Source: Clostridium sp. CAG:452 (GTDB taxonomy: Bacteria; Bacillota; Clostridia; TANB77; CAG-508). Taken from it: a DNA stretch of 64,000 nt. A program made the translations under genes and the position numbers. The notes below the pieces were generated by a model. It did not search any database, had not been told where the DNA came from, and was given only the letters and a program-made list of their open reading frames with translations. The stretch spans positions 83,138-147,137 of the forward strand of contig FR893522.1 in assembly GCA_000434035.1 (NCBI GenBank), given 5' to 3'. This document shows, one piece after another, positions 1-9,908 of the stretch (the first letter of the stretch is position 1; each line of letters starts with the position of its first letter).

Positions 1-233
1 CTTTTAATATAAAAGGAGTACACCCACATGATGTCGCAAGTATTTTAGATTCTAATGGAGTGTGTGTAAGATCAGGAAATCATTGCGCACAACCATTGTT
101 AAGATATTTAGGAATGGATTCTACTTGTAGAGCAAGCTTTTCTATATATAATACAAAAGAAGATGTAGATAATCTTGTAGAAGCATTAAAAAAAGCATAT
201 AAAATGTTTGAAAAGTATATAAATAAGGAGTAA
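1..233 (+). CDS. cysteine desulfurase (NifS/IscS/SufS family), C-terminal fragment; 5' end lies outside the window
   Basis: Frame 3 translates to ...[65 protein letters not shown], which is a typical class V aminotransferase/desulfurase C-terminus. It is followed by nifU and mnmA. Confidence 0.8.
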   Translation, partial: FNIKGVHPHDVASILDSNGVCVRSGNHCAQPLLRYLGMDSTCRASFSIYNTKEDVDNLVEALKKAYKMFEKYINKE

Positions 234-237
234 AATA

Positions 238-675
238 GTGGAGAGTTTAGACGAAATATATAATGACCTTATAATGGAACATAGTATGAATTCAAGCAAT
301 AAAAAAGAGCTTAATAAATGTGATTATTGCGAAATGGGACACAATCCAAACTGTGGAGATGAAATAAAAATACAAGTTAAACTAAATGGAGATATAATAG
401 AAGATATGGCATTTACAGGACATGGATGTGCAATATCACAAAGCTCTACATCTATTATGATAGATACATTAAGAGGAAAGACAATTATGCAAGCAAAAGA
501 AATTATAAAGACATTTATAAATATGATAAAAAGAGAGACAAAAAGCGAAGAAGAACTAAATAAATTAGAAGATGCAATAGCTTTTAGAAATGTATCAAAT
601 ATGCCAGCAAGAGTAAAATGTGTTCTTTTGGCATGGCATACAATGGAGGATTTGTTAGAGAAAAATGGAAAATAA
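238..675 (+). CDS. nifU: Fe-S cluster assembly scaffold protein NifU/IscU
   Basis: 145 aa with the conserved Cys motifs (CGD...GCA, HGC). GTG start 7 nt after an AAGGAG RBS. Confidence 0.85.
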   Translation: MESLDEIYNDLIMEHSMNSSNKKELNKCDYCEMGHNPNCGDEIKIQVKLNGDIIEDMAFTGHGCAISQSSTSIMIDTLRGKTIMQAKEIIKTFINMIKRETKSEEELNKLEDAIAFRNVSNMPARVKCVLLAWHTMEDLLEKNGK

Positions 676-1729
676 AAAAGTTTTACTAGGAATGAGTGGA
701 GGGGTTGACAGTAGTGTGTCAGCTCTACTATTAAAAGAGCAAGGCTATGAAGTAATAGGAACAACTTTGGAATTATTTGCAGGAAGCAGTTGCTGTAATA
801 TAAATACATATATAGATGCAAAAAATGTTTGTAATTCTATAGGAATACCACATTTTACATATGACTACAAAGATGAATTTAAAAAACATGTAATTGATGA
901 TTTTATAGATTGCTATAAAAATTGCAGAACTCCAAATCCATGCATAGAGTGCAATAAATATATGAAGTTTGGATTTATGTACGAAAAAGCAAAAGAATTA
1001 GGATGCAATTATCTTGCAACAGGTCATTATGCAAAAAAAGAATATAGTGAAAAATATAAAAGATGGGTCTTAAAAAAATCTAATGCAGGGAAAAAGGACC
1101 AGAGTTATGTTTTATGGAATATTCCAAAAGACCTAATAGAACATGTACTATTTCCACTTGCAGACTTTAAAAACAAAGAAGAAATAAGAGAAATTGCAAG
1201 AAAGAACAACTTAAAAGTTGCAAACAAACCAGATAGTGAAGATATATGTTTTGTGCCAGATGGAAATTATAAAAAATTCCTAGAAAACAATTCAGATATA
1301 AAACCAAAACCAGGGAACATTGTAAGTACAAAAGGAGAAATACTAGGGAAACACAATGGACTGTATAATTACACAATAGGTCAAAGAAAAGGACTAGGAA
1401 TATCATACAAAGTTCCATTATATGTAGTTGGATTTAATAAAGAAAAAAATGAAGTAATTGTAGGAGAAGAAAACGAAATATATAGCAAAGAGATGTTAGT
1501 AAACAATATAAACTTACTATTGATAGATGAAATAAAAGGAAAAATGCAGGTTCTAGTAAAAACAAGATATTCTGTAAAAGAAGAAAAAGCTACAATAGAA
1601 ATGATAGATAAAGATTTAATAAAAGTAACATTTGAAAAGCCAACACCAAGAATAACACCAGGACAATCAGCAGTATTTTATATAGATGATATAGTATTAG
1701 GTGGAGGAAAAATTGTAAAAGCTTTGTAA
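665..1729 (+). CDS. mnmA: tRNA-specific 2-thiouridylase MnmA
   Basis: 354 aa with the PP-loop SGGVDSS and the CIECN motif. The start overlaps the nifU stop, typical of the nifS-nifU-mnmA operon. Confidence 0.9.
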   Translation: MENKKVLLGMSGGVDSSVSALLLKEQGYEVIGTTLELFAGSSCCNINTYIDAKNVCNSIGIPHFTYDYKDEFKKHVIDDFIDCYKNCRTPNPCIECNKYMKFGFMYEKAKELGCNYLATGHYAKKEYSEKYKRWVLKKSNAGKKDQSYVLWNIPKDLIEHVLFPLADFKNKEEIREIARKNNLKVANKPDSEDICFVPDGNYKKFLENNSDIKPKPGNIVSTKGEILGKHNGLYNYTIGQRKGLGISYKVPLYVVGFNKEKNEVIVGEENEIYSKEMLVNNINLLLIDEIKGKMQVLVKTRYSVKEEKATIEMIDKDLIKVTFEKPTPRITPGQSAVFYIDDIVLGGGKIVKAL

Positions 1730-1793
1730 AATTCTTGACAATAATTAATTAAATATGGAATAATAATACTATAAAATATTAAGGAGGATGACT

Positions 1794-2420
1794 ATGAAAA
1801 AAATAGTAAAATCAAGTTTAATTGCTATACTTTTAGTAGCAGTAGCGATTGCAATTACAGGATGTGGAGCTAAAAAGGACAAAACTTATAATACACTTGG
1901 AAAAACTCTTTTAGGAGACACATACATTATAGAAGTAGAAGGAGACAATTTAAGCGGAACAGACGAAAAAGGAACTCTAACAATTGCAAAAAAAAATGGT
2001 AACGTTTTACAAGAAGTAAAATCAGGCGAAGAAAAAATGAGCATTATGTTTAAAGATAATACAACATATTTAGTTGCACATGATCAAAAAATATATATGA
2101 AAACTGAAGGAAGAGATGAATCTATATTACCAGAAGAAGATGAAACATTTTTATCAAAAGATGAGTTAGAGGCTTTAAAAACACAAGAATACAAAACAGG
2201 AAAAGAAAGCATTGATGGTAAAGAATATGATTATGAAGAATATTATGATTCAGAAAATGAAATAACAGAAAGATATTATTTCGATGGAAATGAGCTTAAA
2301 TACGTAAAATCAATAGACTCAGACGGAGAAGAACAAATAATGAAAGTACTAAAATTATCTTCAGAAGTTGATGATTCTGTATTTGATATACCATCAGATT
2401 ACAAATTAATAGAAGAATAA
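1794..2420 (+). CDS. lipoprotein, function unknown
   Basis: Signal peptide with lipobox LVAVAIAITGC. ATG at 1794 lies 6 nt after AGGAGG; the ORF-track start at 1788 abuts the RBS. Confidence 0.6.
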   Translation: MKKIVKSSLIAILLVAVAIAITGCGAKKDKTYNTLGKTLLGDTYIIEVEGDNLSGTDEKGTLTIAKKNGNVLQEVKSGEEKMSIMFKDNTTYLVAHDQKIYMKTEGRDESILPEEDETFLSKDELEALKTQEYKTGKESIDGKEYDYEEYYDSENEITERYYFDGNELKYVKSIDSDGEEQIMKVLKLSSEVDDSVFDIPSDYKLIEE

Positions 2421-2430
2421 AAATTAAAAG

Positions 2431-2460
2431 GTGGAAATTTACAAATTTCCATCTTTTTTG
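2431..2460 (+). terminator. rho-independent terminator
   Basis: GGAAATTT-ACA-AATTTCC hairpin followed by a T-run. Confidence 0.6.
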
Positions 2461-2521
2461 TTGAATAAACAAAATCAATATGATAGTATAATGATGAAAA
2501 AAATAAAAGGAGGAAATTCTT

Positions 2522-2968
2522 ATGATAGCAATTGGAAGTGACCATGGAGGATTTGAATTAAAAGAAGAAATAAAGAAATATTTTGATGAAAAGGGAATTG
2601 AGTACAAAGACTTTGGAGCATACTCTAAAGACAGAGTAGATTATCCAATTATAGCAAAACAAGTAGCAAAAGCAGTACAAAATAAAGATACAGATAGAGG
2701 AATATTAATTTGTAGATCAGGTTATGGAATGGCAATGGTAGCAAACAAATTTAAAGGAATAAGAAGTGCACCATGTTTCTGCGAAGAAGCAGCAAAGTTT
2801 TCAAGATTGCATAATGATACAAACGTATTAGCACTTGGAGCAGATTACATTACAACAGGAGAAGCAATTGCGATTGTAAGAATGTGGATAGGAACAGAAT
2901 TCGAAGGCGGAAGACATAAAGAAAGATTAGATATGGTTGCAGAAATAGAAAACGAAAATATGAAATAG
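2522..2968 (+). CDS. rpiB: ribose-5-phosphate isomerase B (RpiB/LacA family)
   Basis: 148 aa, MIAIGSDHGGFELKEEI...CRSGYGMAMVANKF, the typical RpiB signature. Confidence 0.85.
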   Translation: MIAIGSDHGGFELKEEIKKYFDEKGIEYKDFGAYSKDRVDYPIIAKQVAKAVQNKDTDRGILICRSGYGMAMVANKFKGIRSAPCFCEEAAKFSRLHNDTNVLALGADYITTGEAIAIVRMWIGTEFEGGRHKERLDMVAEIENENMK

Positions 2969-2980
2969 AACATTTGCAAA

Positions 2981-3006
2981 GGGCGGACGACTCTGTCCGC
3001 CCTTTA
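2981..3006 (+). terminator. rho-independent terminator
   Basis: GGGCGGAC-gactct-GTCCGCCC hairpin plus TTT. Confidence 0.65.
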
Positions 3007-3040
3007 TGTTTATTATAAGAAAATAGAAAGAGGTTAAGCC

Positions 3041-3617
3041 ATGAAAATAATCTTAGCATCAAATTCTCCAAGAAGAAAAGAACTATTGCGGAGAATTAGT
3101 AAAAGAATTTGAAACAATAGCAAGTAATCTTGATGAAAACACAATAAAAGAAGAACAACCAGAGAAGCTAGTAAAAAAGCTAGCAATAAGTAAAGCAAGA
3201 GAAGTATTTGAAAGAGTTCAGCAAAATTATAGAGAATTAATAGTAATAGGTGGAGATACAGTAGTATATTTTAATGGCAAAATATTAGGAAAACCAAAAA
3301 GTGAAGAAGATGCATGCAATATGCTAAAAGAACTGCAAAACAATGTAAATTATGTATATTCTGGTTTAGCAGTTATAATAAAAAAAGATGGAAAAGTTAT
3401 TGAGAAAAATGACTATACAAAAACAGCGGTATATATTAAAAAAATGACAGAAAAAGAAATAAAAGAATATGTTAAAACAGGAGAACCATTAGACAAAGCA
3501 GGAAGTTATGCAATACAAGGAATAGGTGGCAAATTTATAGATAAAATAGAAGGCTCATACAATAATGTGGTAGGAATGGATACAGAAAAATTAGCTAAAT
3601 ACCTCGGAGAAGATTAA
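3041..3617 (+). pseudogene. maf: Maf-like nucleotide pyrophosphatase, interrupted by a +1 frameshift at about 3089
   Basis: The N-terminus MKIILASNSPRRKELL is in frame 2 and stops at 3112. The remainder (GELVKEFETIASNLDE...GGDTVVYFNGKILGKP...AGSYAIQG) is in frame 3. Deleting one base of CTATTG[C]GGAGAA restores a ~192-aa Maf. Confidence 0.7.
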
Positions 3618-3664
3618 TTTTAACAAAACCAATAAAAACTATTGTTTTAAACAAAAAAATATGA

Positions 3665-3935
3665 TATTATATTAAGCAGAGTTGAAAAAATAAAGCCGTT
3701 TGAAAAAGCAAAGTAAGATAACAAAAATGTATTTAAGAGAGAATAGGTCAAAGGCTGAAAGCCTATTTATTACAAGCTTATCCGAAATTTCACTTTTTAG
3801 GTCTTATATTGAAACAACAGTAGGTATAAGCGTGAGCTAGCGTTAATAGCATAATGAGGTTAATTATTTAATTAATAAATTTAGGTGGTAACACGGTAAA
3901 AATCGTCCTATGTAATAGGACGATTTTTTTGTAAT
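3665..3935 (+). promoter_or_regulatory. T-box leader riboswitch upstream of pheST, including its own terminator
   Basis: AGAGA GA-motif near 3735. T-box sequence AATTTAGGTGGTAACACGG at 3888-3907, against the consensus AAnnnGGGTGGnACCGCG. Terminator AAAATCGTCCTAT-gtaa-TAGGACGATTTTTTT at 3898-3931. Confidence 0.75.
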
Positions 3936-3965
3936 AGAACAAAAAAAGAAAGGATGATTGATTAC

Positions 3966-5006
3966 ATGAAAGAACAAATTGCAAAAATTAAAGAAAATGC
4001 ACTAGCAGAAATTTCAAACAGTAAAACATTGCAAGAACTAGAAAATGTAAGAGTAAAATACTTAGGAAAAAAAGGAGAACTTACAGCAGTTCTAAAAGGA
4101 ATGAAAGATTTATCTCCAGAAGAAAGACCAGTAATTGGAAGTATTGTAAACGAAGTAAGAGACAACTTAGAAAGTAAAATTAAAGAAGTAGAAGAAATAT
4201 TAAAAGAAAAAGCTATGAATTTAAAACTTGAAAAAGAAAGAATAGATATTACTCTTCCAGCTACAAAAACAAAAAGAGGTAGCAAACATCCAATAAATAG
4301 AATAATAGAAGAAGTTGAAGATATATTTGTTTCGATGGGATATGATGTAGTTTCAGGCCCAGAGCTAGAAACTGATGAATATTGCTTCGAAAGATTAAAT
4401 CTTCCAAAAGGTCATCCAGCAAGAGATATGCAAGATAGTTTCTATGTTGATCCAGAGCATCTTTTAAGAACACAAACATCAGCAGTTCAAGCAAGAGCTA
4501 TGATGGCAAATGAAGAAAAAGAACCAATTAGAATTATATGCCCAGGTAAAACATATAGAAGAGACGATGACGCAACACATTCACATCAATTTGGTCAAGT
4601 AGAAGGATTATTAATAGATAAAAATATTAGCTTAGCAGACTTAAAAGGAACATTAGAAGTATTTGTTAAAAAAATGCTTGGAGAAAATTCTAAATTAAGA
4701 TTTAGACCAAGTTATTTCCCATTTACAGAACCAAGTTATGAAGTTGATGTTAGTTGCTTTAAATGCGGAGGAAAGGGATGCAACCTTTGTAAACAAAGCG
4801 GTTGGATAGAAATTTTAGGTTCAGGAATGGTACATCCAAATGTGTTAAAAATGAATGGATATGATCCAGAAAAATATACAGGATTTGCATTTGGAACAGG
4901 ACTAGATAGACTTGCAATGTTTAAATATGGAATTACAGATATAAGGTATTTCTATACAAATGATGTAAGATTCCTAAATCAATTTGATAGAAAGGATGTG
5001 GACTAA
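3966..5006 (+). CDS. pheS: phenylalanine--tRNA ligase alpha subunit
   Basis: Class II aaRS motifs ([22 protein letters not shown]). The ORF track starts at 3954, but the ATG at 3966 ([10 protein letters not shown]...) is better placed relative to the AAAGGA RBS. Confidence 0.9.
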   Translation: MKEQIAKIKENALAEISNSKTLQELENVRVKYLGKKGELTAVLKGMKDLSPEERPVIGSIVNEVRDNLESKIKEVEEILKEKAMNLKLEKERIDITLPATKTKRGSKHPINRIIEEVEDIFVSMGYDVVSGPELETDEYCFERLNLPKGHPARDMQDSFYVDPEHLLRTQTSAVQARAMMANEEKEPIRIICPGKTYRRDDDATHSHQFGQVEGLLIDKNISLADLKGTLEVFVKKMLGENSKLRFRPSYFPFTEPSYEVDVSCFKCGGKGCNLCKQSGWIEILGSGMVHPNVLKMNGYDPEKYTGFAFGTGLDRLAMFKYGITDIRYFYTNDVRFLNQFDRKDVD

Positions 5007-7376
5007 TTGAAGTTAAGTAAAAATTTTGTTAAAGATTATGTAGATATAGATGTTGATATTGAAACTCTAGCAGATGATATGACAAGAGTAGGAAATGAAT
5101 ATGATAGTGCAGAGAAATTAGTAAATGCCACAAAGTTAATTATAGGTGAAGTAAAAGAATGCGAAATGCACCCAGATTCAGATCATTTACATGTATGTAA
5201 AGTAGATATTGGAAAAGAAGTTTTAGATATAGTATGTGGAGCACCAAATGTTAGAAAGGGATTAAAAGTAATAGTAGCACAAGTAGGAGCAGAACTTCCA
5301 GGAGATATAACAATAAGAAAAGGAAATATTAGAGGGCAAGAATCAAATGGAATGATGTGTTCATTATTAGAACTTGGGATTGAATCAAAGTTTTTAAGCG
5401 AAGCTGATAAAACGGGAATACATGAACTTCCAGCAGATGCACCAGTAGGAGAAGACCCAATTAAATTCATGGGATTAGATGACGAAGTAGCTGACTTTGA
5501 ACTTACAGCAAACAGGGGAGATTTATTAAGCATTTTAGGTATGGCATATGAATTAGGAGCAATATATGATAAACCTGTAAAAGAAATAGACTTAAAACAT
5601 AATGAAGAAAACGAAGATGTAAATGATAGCTTTAATGTAGAAATAGAAACTGAAAATTGTAATTTATTTTTAGCAAAAAAAGCTTTAAATGTTACTATAA
5701 AAGAAAGCCCAGATTTTATAAAAAATAGACTTATAGCAAGTGGAATAAGACCAATAAACAATGTGGTAGATATAAGTAACTATGTAATGCTAGAAGTAGG
5801 TCAGCCATTGCATTTTTATGATGCAGATAGATTAGGTAATAAAATTTTAGTCAGAATGGCTAAAAATGGCGAAAAATTAACAACATTAGATAATATAGAA
5901 AGAGAATTAGATCAAGAAGACATAGTTATTACAAATGGAACAGAAGCAATTGGATTAGCAGGAGTTATGGGAGGCCTTTCAACAGAAGTTGAAGAAGATA
6001 CAAAAAACATTATAATAGAATCTGCTGTATTTGATGGAGTAAAAATAAGATGTACATCTAAAAGAATATTAAGAAGCGAAGCAAGTAATCGTTTTGAAAA
6101 AGGATTAGACCCAAATAGAACATATATGGCTATAGAAAGAGCATGTAGCTTGCTTGAAAAATATGCAGATGCAAAAATTGCAAAAGGAACAGTAGTTTAT
6201 GATAAAGCCAACAAAGAAGCTAAAAAAATAGATATAAGTTTTGAGGACATAAATAATTTATTGGGAATAATAGTTCCAGACGAAGCTACATTAGATGTAT
6301 TTAGAAAACTAGGATTTGAATATAAAGTAAATGGAAGAAATGTTACAGTAACTGTACCAACAAGAAGAATGGATATATCAATAAAAGAAGATTTAATAGA
6401 AGAAGTAGGAAGAATTTATGGAGTTGATAATATAGAAGGAAAACTTCCAGTACTTCCAACAAGAACAGGGAAATATGACAAAACAACAAGAGAAATAAGA
6501 AATAAAATGATAGGTTTAGGATTAAACGAAACAATGTCATATATCTTAATTAATGATAAAGAAGTTTCAAAATTTACAACAGACAATTTTGAACCAATAA
6601 AATTATTAGATCCATTAACAGAAGAAAGAAATACACTAAGATATAGCATGATACCATCACTTTTAAAAATATACAATTACAATTTAGGAAGAAACAACAA
6701 AGATGTATCAATATTTGAAATAGGAAAAGGCTTTGGAAAAGTAAATGAAGACTATATAGAAGAAGAAAAACTATGTGTACTTATGTCTGGAAAATATTAT
6801 GAAGGAATTGGAAATACAAAAAATGTAGACTTCTATATTTTAAAAGGTGTAGCAGAAGAACTTTTGGATTACCTTGGATATAATGGAAGATATAGCTTTA
6901 TAAATAACAAAGAACTTCCAAAAGAAATGCATCCAGGTCAAAGTGCATTAATCTCTGTAAATAATGACACTGTAGGAATTATGGGAAAAGTACATCCAAA
7001 AGAAACTAAAGAAGATATATATGTAATGGAAATAAACTTAAGCAAATTACTTGCTAAAAAAGTAGGAAAAATGAAATACAAAGAATTTTCAAAATTCCCA
7101 AGTATTAAAAAAGACGTTGCATTTATAGTAGATAGAAACTTAGAATCAGCAATAATAGAAAAACAAATTAAAAAATCAGCAGGAAGTTTACTTACAAATA
7201 TTGAAGTGTTTGATGTGTACACAGGAGAACACGTAGACGAAAACAAAAAATCAATAGCATATTCTTTGACATTTAGTGACAGCAAAAAAACACTAACAGA
7301 TGATGAGGTAACAGGAATATTCAATAAAGTAATAGCAGATGCAGAAAGAGTATTTGGCGCAGAAATAAGAAAATAA
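5007..7376 (+). CDS. pheT: phenylalanine--tRNA ligase beta subunit
   Basis: 789 aa with the tRNA-binding, B3/B4, B5 and FDX-ACB domains in the conserved pattern. TTG start immediately after the pheS stop. Confidence 0.9.
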   Translation: MKLSKNFVKDYVDIDVDIETLADDMTRVGNEYDSAEKLVNATKLIIGEVKECEMHPDSDHLHVCKVDIGKEVLDIVCGAPNVRKGLKVIVAQVGAELPGDITIRKGNIRGQESNGMMCSLLELGIESKFLSEADKTGIHELPADAPVGEDPIKFMGLDDEVADFELTANRGDLLSILGMAYELGAIYDKPVKEIDLKHNEENEDVNDSFNVEIETENCNLFLAKKALNVTIKESPDFIKNRLIASGIRPINNVVDISNYVMLEVGQPLHFYDADRLGNKILVRMAKNGEKLTTLDNIERELDQEDIVITNGTEAIGLAGVMGGLSTEVEEDTKNIIIESAVFDGVKIRCTSKRILRSEASNRFEKGLDPNRTYMAIERACSLLEKYADAKIAKGTVVYDKANKEAKKIDISFEDINNLLGIIVPDEATLDVFRKLGFEYKVNGRNVTVTVPTRRMDISIKEDLIEEVGRIYGVDNIEGKLPVLPTRTGKYDKTTREIRNKMIGLGLNETMSYILINDKEVSKFTTDNFEPIKLLDPLTEERNTLRYSMIPSLLKIYNYNLGRNNKDVSIFEIGKGFGKVNEDYIEEEKLCVLMSGKYYEGIGNTKNVDFYILKGVAEELLDYLGYNGRYSFINNKELPKEMHPGQSALISVNNDTVGIMGKVHPKETKEDIYVMEINLSKLLAKKVGKMKYKEFSKFPSIKKDVAFIVDRNLESAIIEKQIKKSAGSLLTNIEVFDVYTGEHVDENKKSIAYSLTFSDSKKTLTDDEVTGIFNKVIADAERVFGAEIRK

Positions 7377-7393
7377 CTATATTAAAAAAACAA

Positions 7394-7422
7394 TTGAAAA
7401 ATGATTTCCTTTGTGCTAATAT
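7394..7422 (+). promoter_or_regulatory. sigma-A-type promoter (TTGAAA, 17 nt spacer, TGcTAATAT)
   Basis: -35 TTGAAA at 7394-7399 and an extended -10 TAATAT at 7417-7422. Confidence 0.45.
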
Positions 7423-7457
7423 ATCTCTATGGACAGATAATAAGGAGTGAAATACAA

Positions 7458-7577
7458 ATGGCAAAAAAGAAAATAGATAAACAAAAATTAATAACTAAAA
7501 TAATAGCATTAATATTGGCAGGACTAATGGTCCTTAGTATGGCCTTTACATTAATATGGTATTTAATTGCAAAATAA
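7458..7577 (+). CDS. small membrane peptide (39 aa), unannotated small ORF
   Basis: MAKKKIDKQKLITKIIALILAGLMVLSMAFTLIWYLIAK. AAGGAG RBS 8 nt upstream and its own promoter; it is below the ORF-track length cutoff. Confidence 0.35.
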   Translation: MAKKKIDKQKLITKIIALILAGLMVLSMAFTLIWYLIAK

Positions 7578-7600
7578 ATAATTAAGGAAGGTAATTACAA

Positions 7601-8546
7601 ATGAAAAATACATTGTTTTCGCAAACATTAGAAATTACTAGCCAAGACATAACAAATTATTTAGAGCTATTAAAAAATAATCCAATAAAAATAGTAACAT
7701 TAATACTAGATATATCGATTGTAATATTTTTAATAGTTAAATTAATAGAAATTGTAAGAGAAACAAGAGCATGGCAATTAATAAAAGGAATAGCATTTCT
7801 AATAATTGCAACATTAATTAGTTCAATACTTGATTTTAGAATATTAAATTATATTTTAACATCATTTATGACTTATGGTGTAATATTTTTAATAATAATA
7901 TTCCAACCAGAATTAAGACGTGCATTAGAACAATTGCGGAACTAGCAAGTTGACCAGATTTTTTGGAATAGATAAAGATATAAGGACAAAAACTAAAGAG
8001 AATATATACAAAGTAGTAATTGCAGCAACAGAACTTGCTAAAAAGAAAACCGGTGCATTAATTGTAATAGAAAGAGATATAAAGTTGCAAGACATTGCAG
8101 ATACAGGAATCTTAATAAATGGAGAAATATCACCTCAATTATTAGTTAATATATTTAATCCAAAAACACCATTACACGATGGGGCAGTAATTATAAGTGA
8201 AAATAAAATAAAAGCAGCAGCATGTATGCTACCACTATCTGATGATAAGAGTATATCAAAAGGACTAGGAACAAGGCATAGATCAGCAGCAGGAATGAGC
8301 CAAGAATCAGATGCTATAGTAGTTGTTGTGTCAGAGGAAACAGGAAAAATATCTGTTGCAAAAGATGGAACACTTATAGTAGATGTAAAGGAAGATGCGC
8401 TAAGACAAATATTAATAAAAAATATAGTTACAAAAAAATTTGGAGAAGAAGTTCCAAAGAAAAAACTAAAAGAAAAAATAGAAGAGATAAAAGAAAAGAC
8501 TGGAAAAAAAGAAAATGAGAAACATAAAACTAACAATAGAATATGA
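7601..8546 (+). pseudogene. cdaA: diadenylate cyclase CdaA (DisA_N/DAC domain), interrupted by a +1 frameshift at about 7937
   Basis: The three-TM N-terminal part ends ...FQPELRRALEQLRN* at 7945. The DAC domain (KTGALIVIERD...NPKTPLHDGAVII...GTRHRSAAG) continues in the next frame. Removing the C of CAATTG[C]GGAACT gives the canonical EQLG.. junction. Confidence 0.75.
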
Positions 8547-9254
8547 TGGAAAAAAATTTAATGGTTGGCAAAAACAACCAAATAAACCAAATATTCAGGG
8601 AGAAATAGAAAATGCAATAAAAGAAATTACAGGAGAAGAAGTAGACCTAATTGCATCAGGAAGAACAGATGCTGGAGTGCATGCATTGCGGTCAAATAGC
8701 TAATTTTAAAACGAATAGCAATATAGAAATAGAAAAAATCCCATATGCACTAAATTCAAAATTAAAAAAGAGTATAGTAATAAAAGAGGCAGTAGAAGTA
8801 GAAGATAGATTTCATTCAAGATATAATGCAAAACAAAAGACATATAGGTATATAATAAATAATTCAAAACATGGAACAGCAATATATAGAGATTTAGAAT
8901 ATCATATGCCAATAAAGCTAGATGTAGAAAAAATGAAAAAAGCAGTAAAATATTTTGAAGGTGAACATGATTTTGCTGCATTTAAGGCAAGCGGAACAAG
9001 TAGTAAAAGCAGTGTAAGAACAATATATAAAGCAGAAGTGTTAGAAGATGGCGAAAGAATAAAAATAGAATTAACACGGAAATGGCTTTTTATATAATAT
9101 GGTAAGAATAATTGCAGGAACATTGGTAGACGTAGGACTTGGTAAAATAGAGGCAGAAGAAATACCTGAAATTATAGAATCAAAAGAAAGAGCTAGGGCA
9201 GGAAAAACCCTAGCTGCACATGGACTATATTTAGTAGAAGTGAAATATATTTAA
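8515..9254 (+). pseudogene. truA: tRNA pseudouridine(38-40) synthase TruA, interrupted by two +1 frameshifts at about 8689 and about 9077
   Basis: Three collinear fragments. The first is [22 protein letters not shown]...[10 protein letters not shown]. The second is GQIANFKT...RYIINN...EL. The third is [21 protein letters not shown]...[10 protein letters not shown]. Both junctions are restored by deleting the C in ATTG[C]GGT and ACA[C]GGAAATGG. Confidence 0.75.
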
Positions 9255-9281
9255 AAGTAAATAATAAAAAACACATTCACG

Positions 9282-9872
9282 TTAAAGAATGTGTTTTTCA
9301 ATTTCCTTCCAAACATCTTCGCAGTAAGTTTTCTTTTCTGCAGAAAATGGTAAAAAAGTTAAATCTTTTAATGGATTTAAAGAATTTTGCAAATCTTTTA
9401 CTGCATTAGCAACTTTAGTAGGTGCTAATTTATCTGCTTTATTTGCAATAACAATACAAGGATGATTACCAGATTTATTTATAATATAATCATACATTAA
9501 CCTATCATTTGCAGTAGGCTCATGTCTAATATCTATTAAGAATATAATTAAAGCAATTTCTTTTCTTATTTGCAAATATTGTTCTATAAAATTTCCAACT
9601 TTAACTTGTTCTGCTTTGCTCATTTTGCTATAACCATATCCAGGTAAATCTACAAAATAGAAAGAGTTATCCATATTATAAAAATTAATTTGTCTAGTTT
9701 TACCAGGTTCACTACTTGTTCTAGCAAGAGATTTCCTATTAATCATTGTATTTACAAAAGAAGATTTTCCAACATTAGATTTCCCAACCAAAACAATTTC
9801 AGGTAAACCTAAAGTAGGATATTGTTTAGGACTAACAGCAGATATTTCAAACTTTGGATTTTTAATTATCAT
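9282..9872 (-). CDS. engB: ribosome biogenesis GTP-binding protein EngB/YsxC
   Basis: GKSNVGKSS G1 motif and DLPGYGY. The start is taken at MIIKNPKF, 9 nt after an AGGAAA RBS; the ORF track extends it to 9908. Confidence 0.85.
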   Translation of the reverse strand: MIIKNPKFEISAVSPKQYPTLGLPEIVLVGKSNVGKSSFVNTMINRKSLARTSSEPGKTRQINFYNMDNSFYFVDLPGYGYSKMSKAEQVKVGNFIEQYLQIRKEIALIIFLIDIRHEPTANDRLMYDYIINKSGNHPCIVIANKADKLAPTKVANAVKDLQNSLNPLKDLTFLPFSAEKKTYCEDVWKEIEKHIL

Positions 9873-9908
9873 AACTATTTCCTTTCTGTAATGTAAATTG
9901 AAATTCAA

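Noticed and set aside
324-821. Long antisense ORFs overlapping well-supported genes, for example 324-821(-), 5183-5761(-), 36130-36753(-), 45264-45836(-), 47507-48058(-) and 57503-58054(-).
   Set aside because: Their low-complexity Leu/Phe/Ile/Ser-rich translations are typical of reverse-frame reading of AT-rich coding DNA. Each lies fully inside a conserved gene on the other strand and has no RBS.
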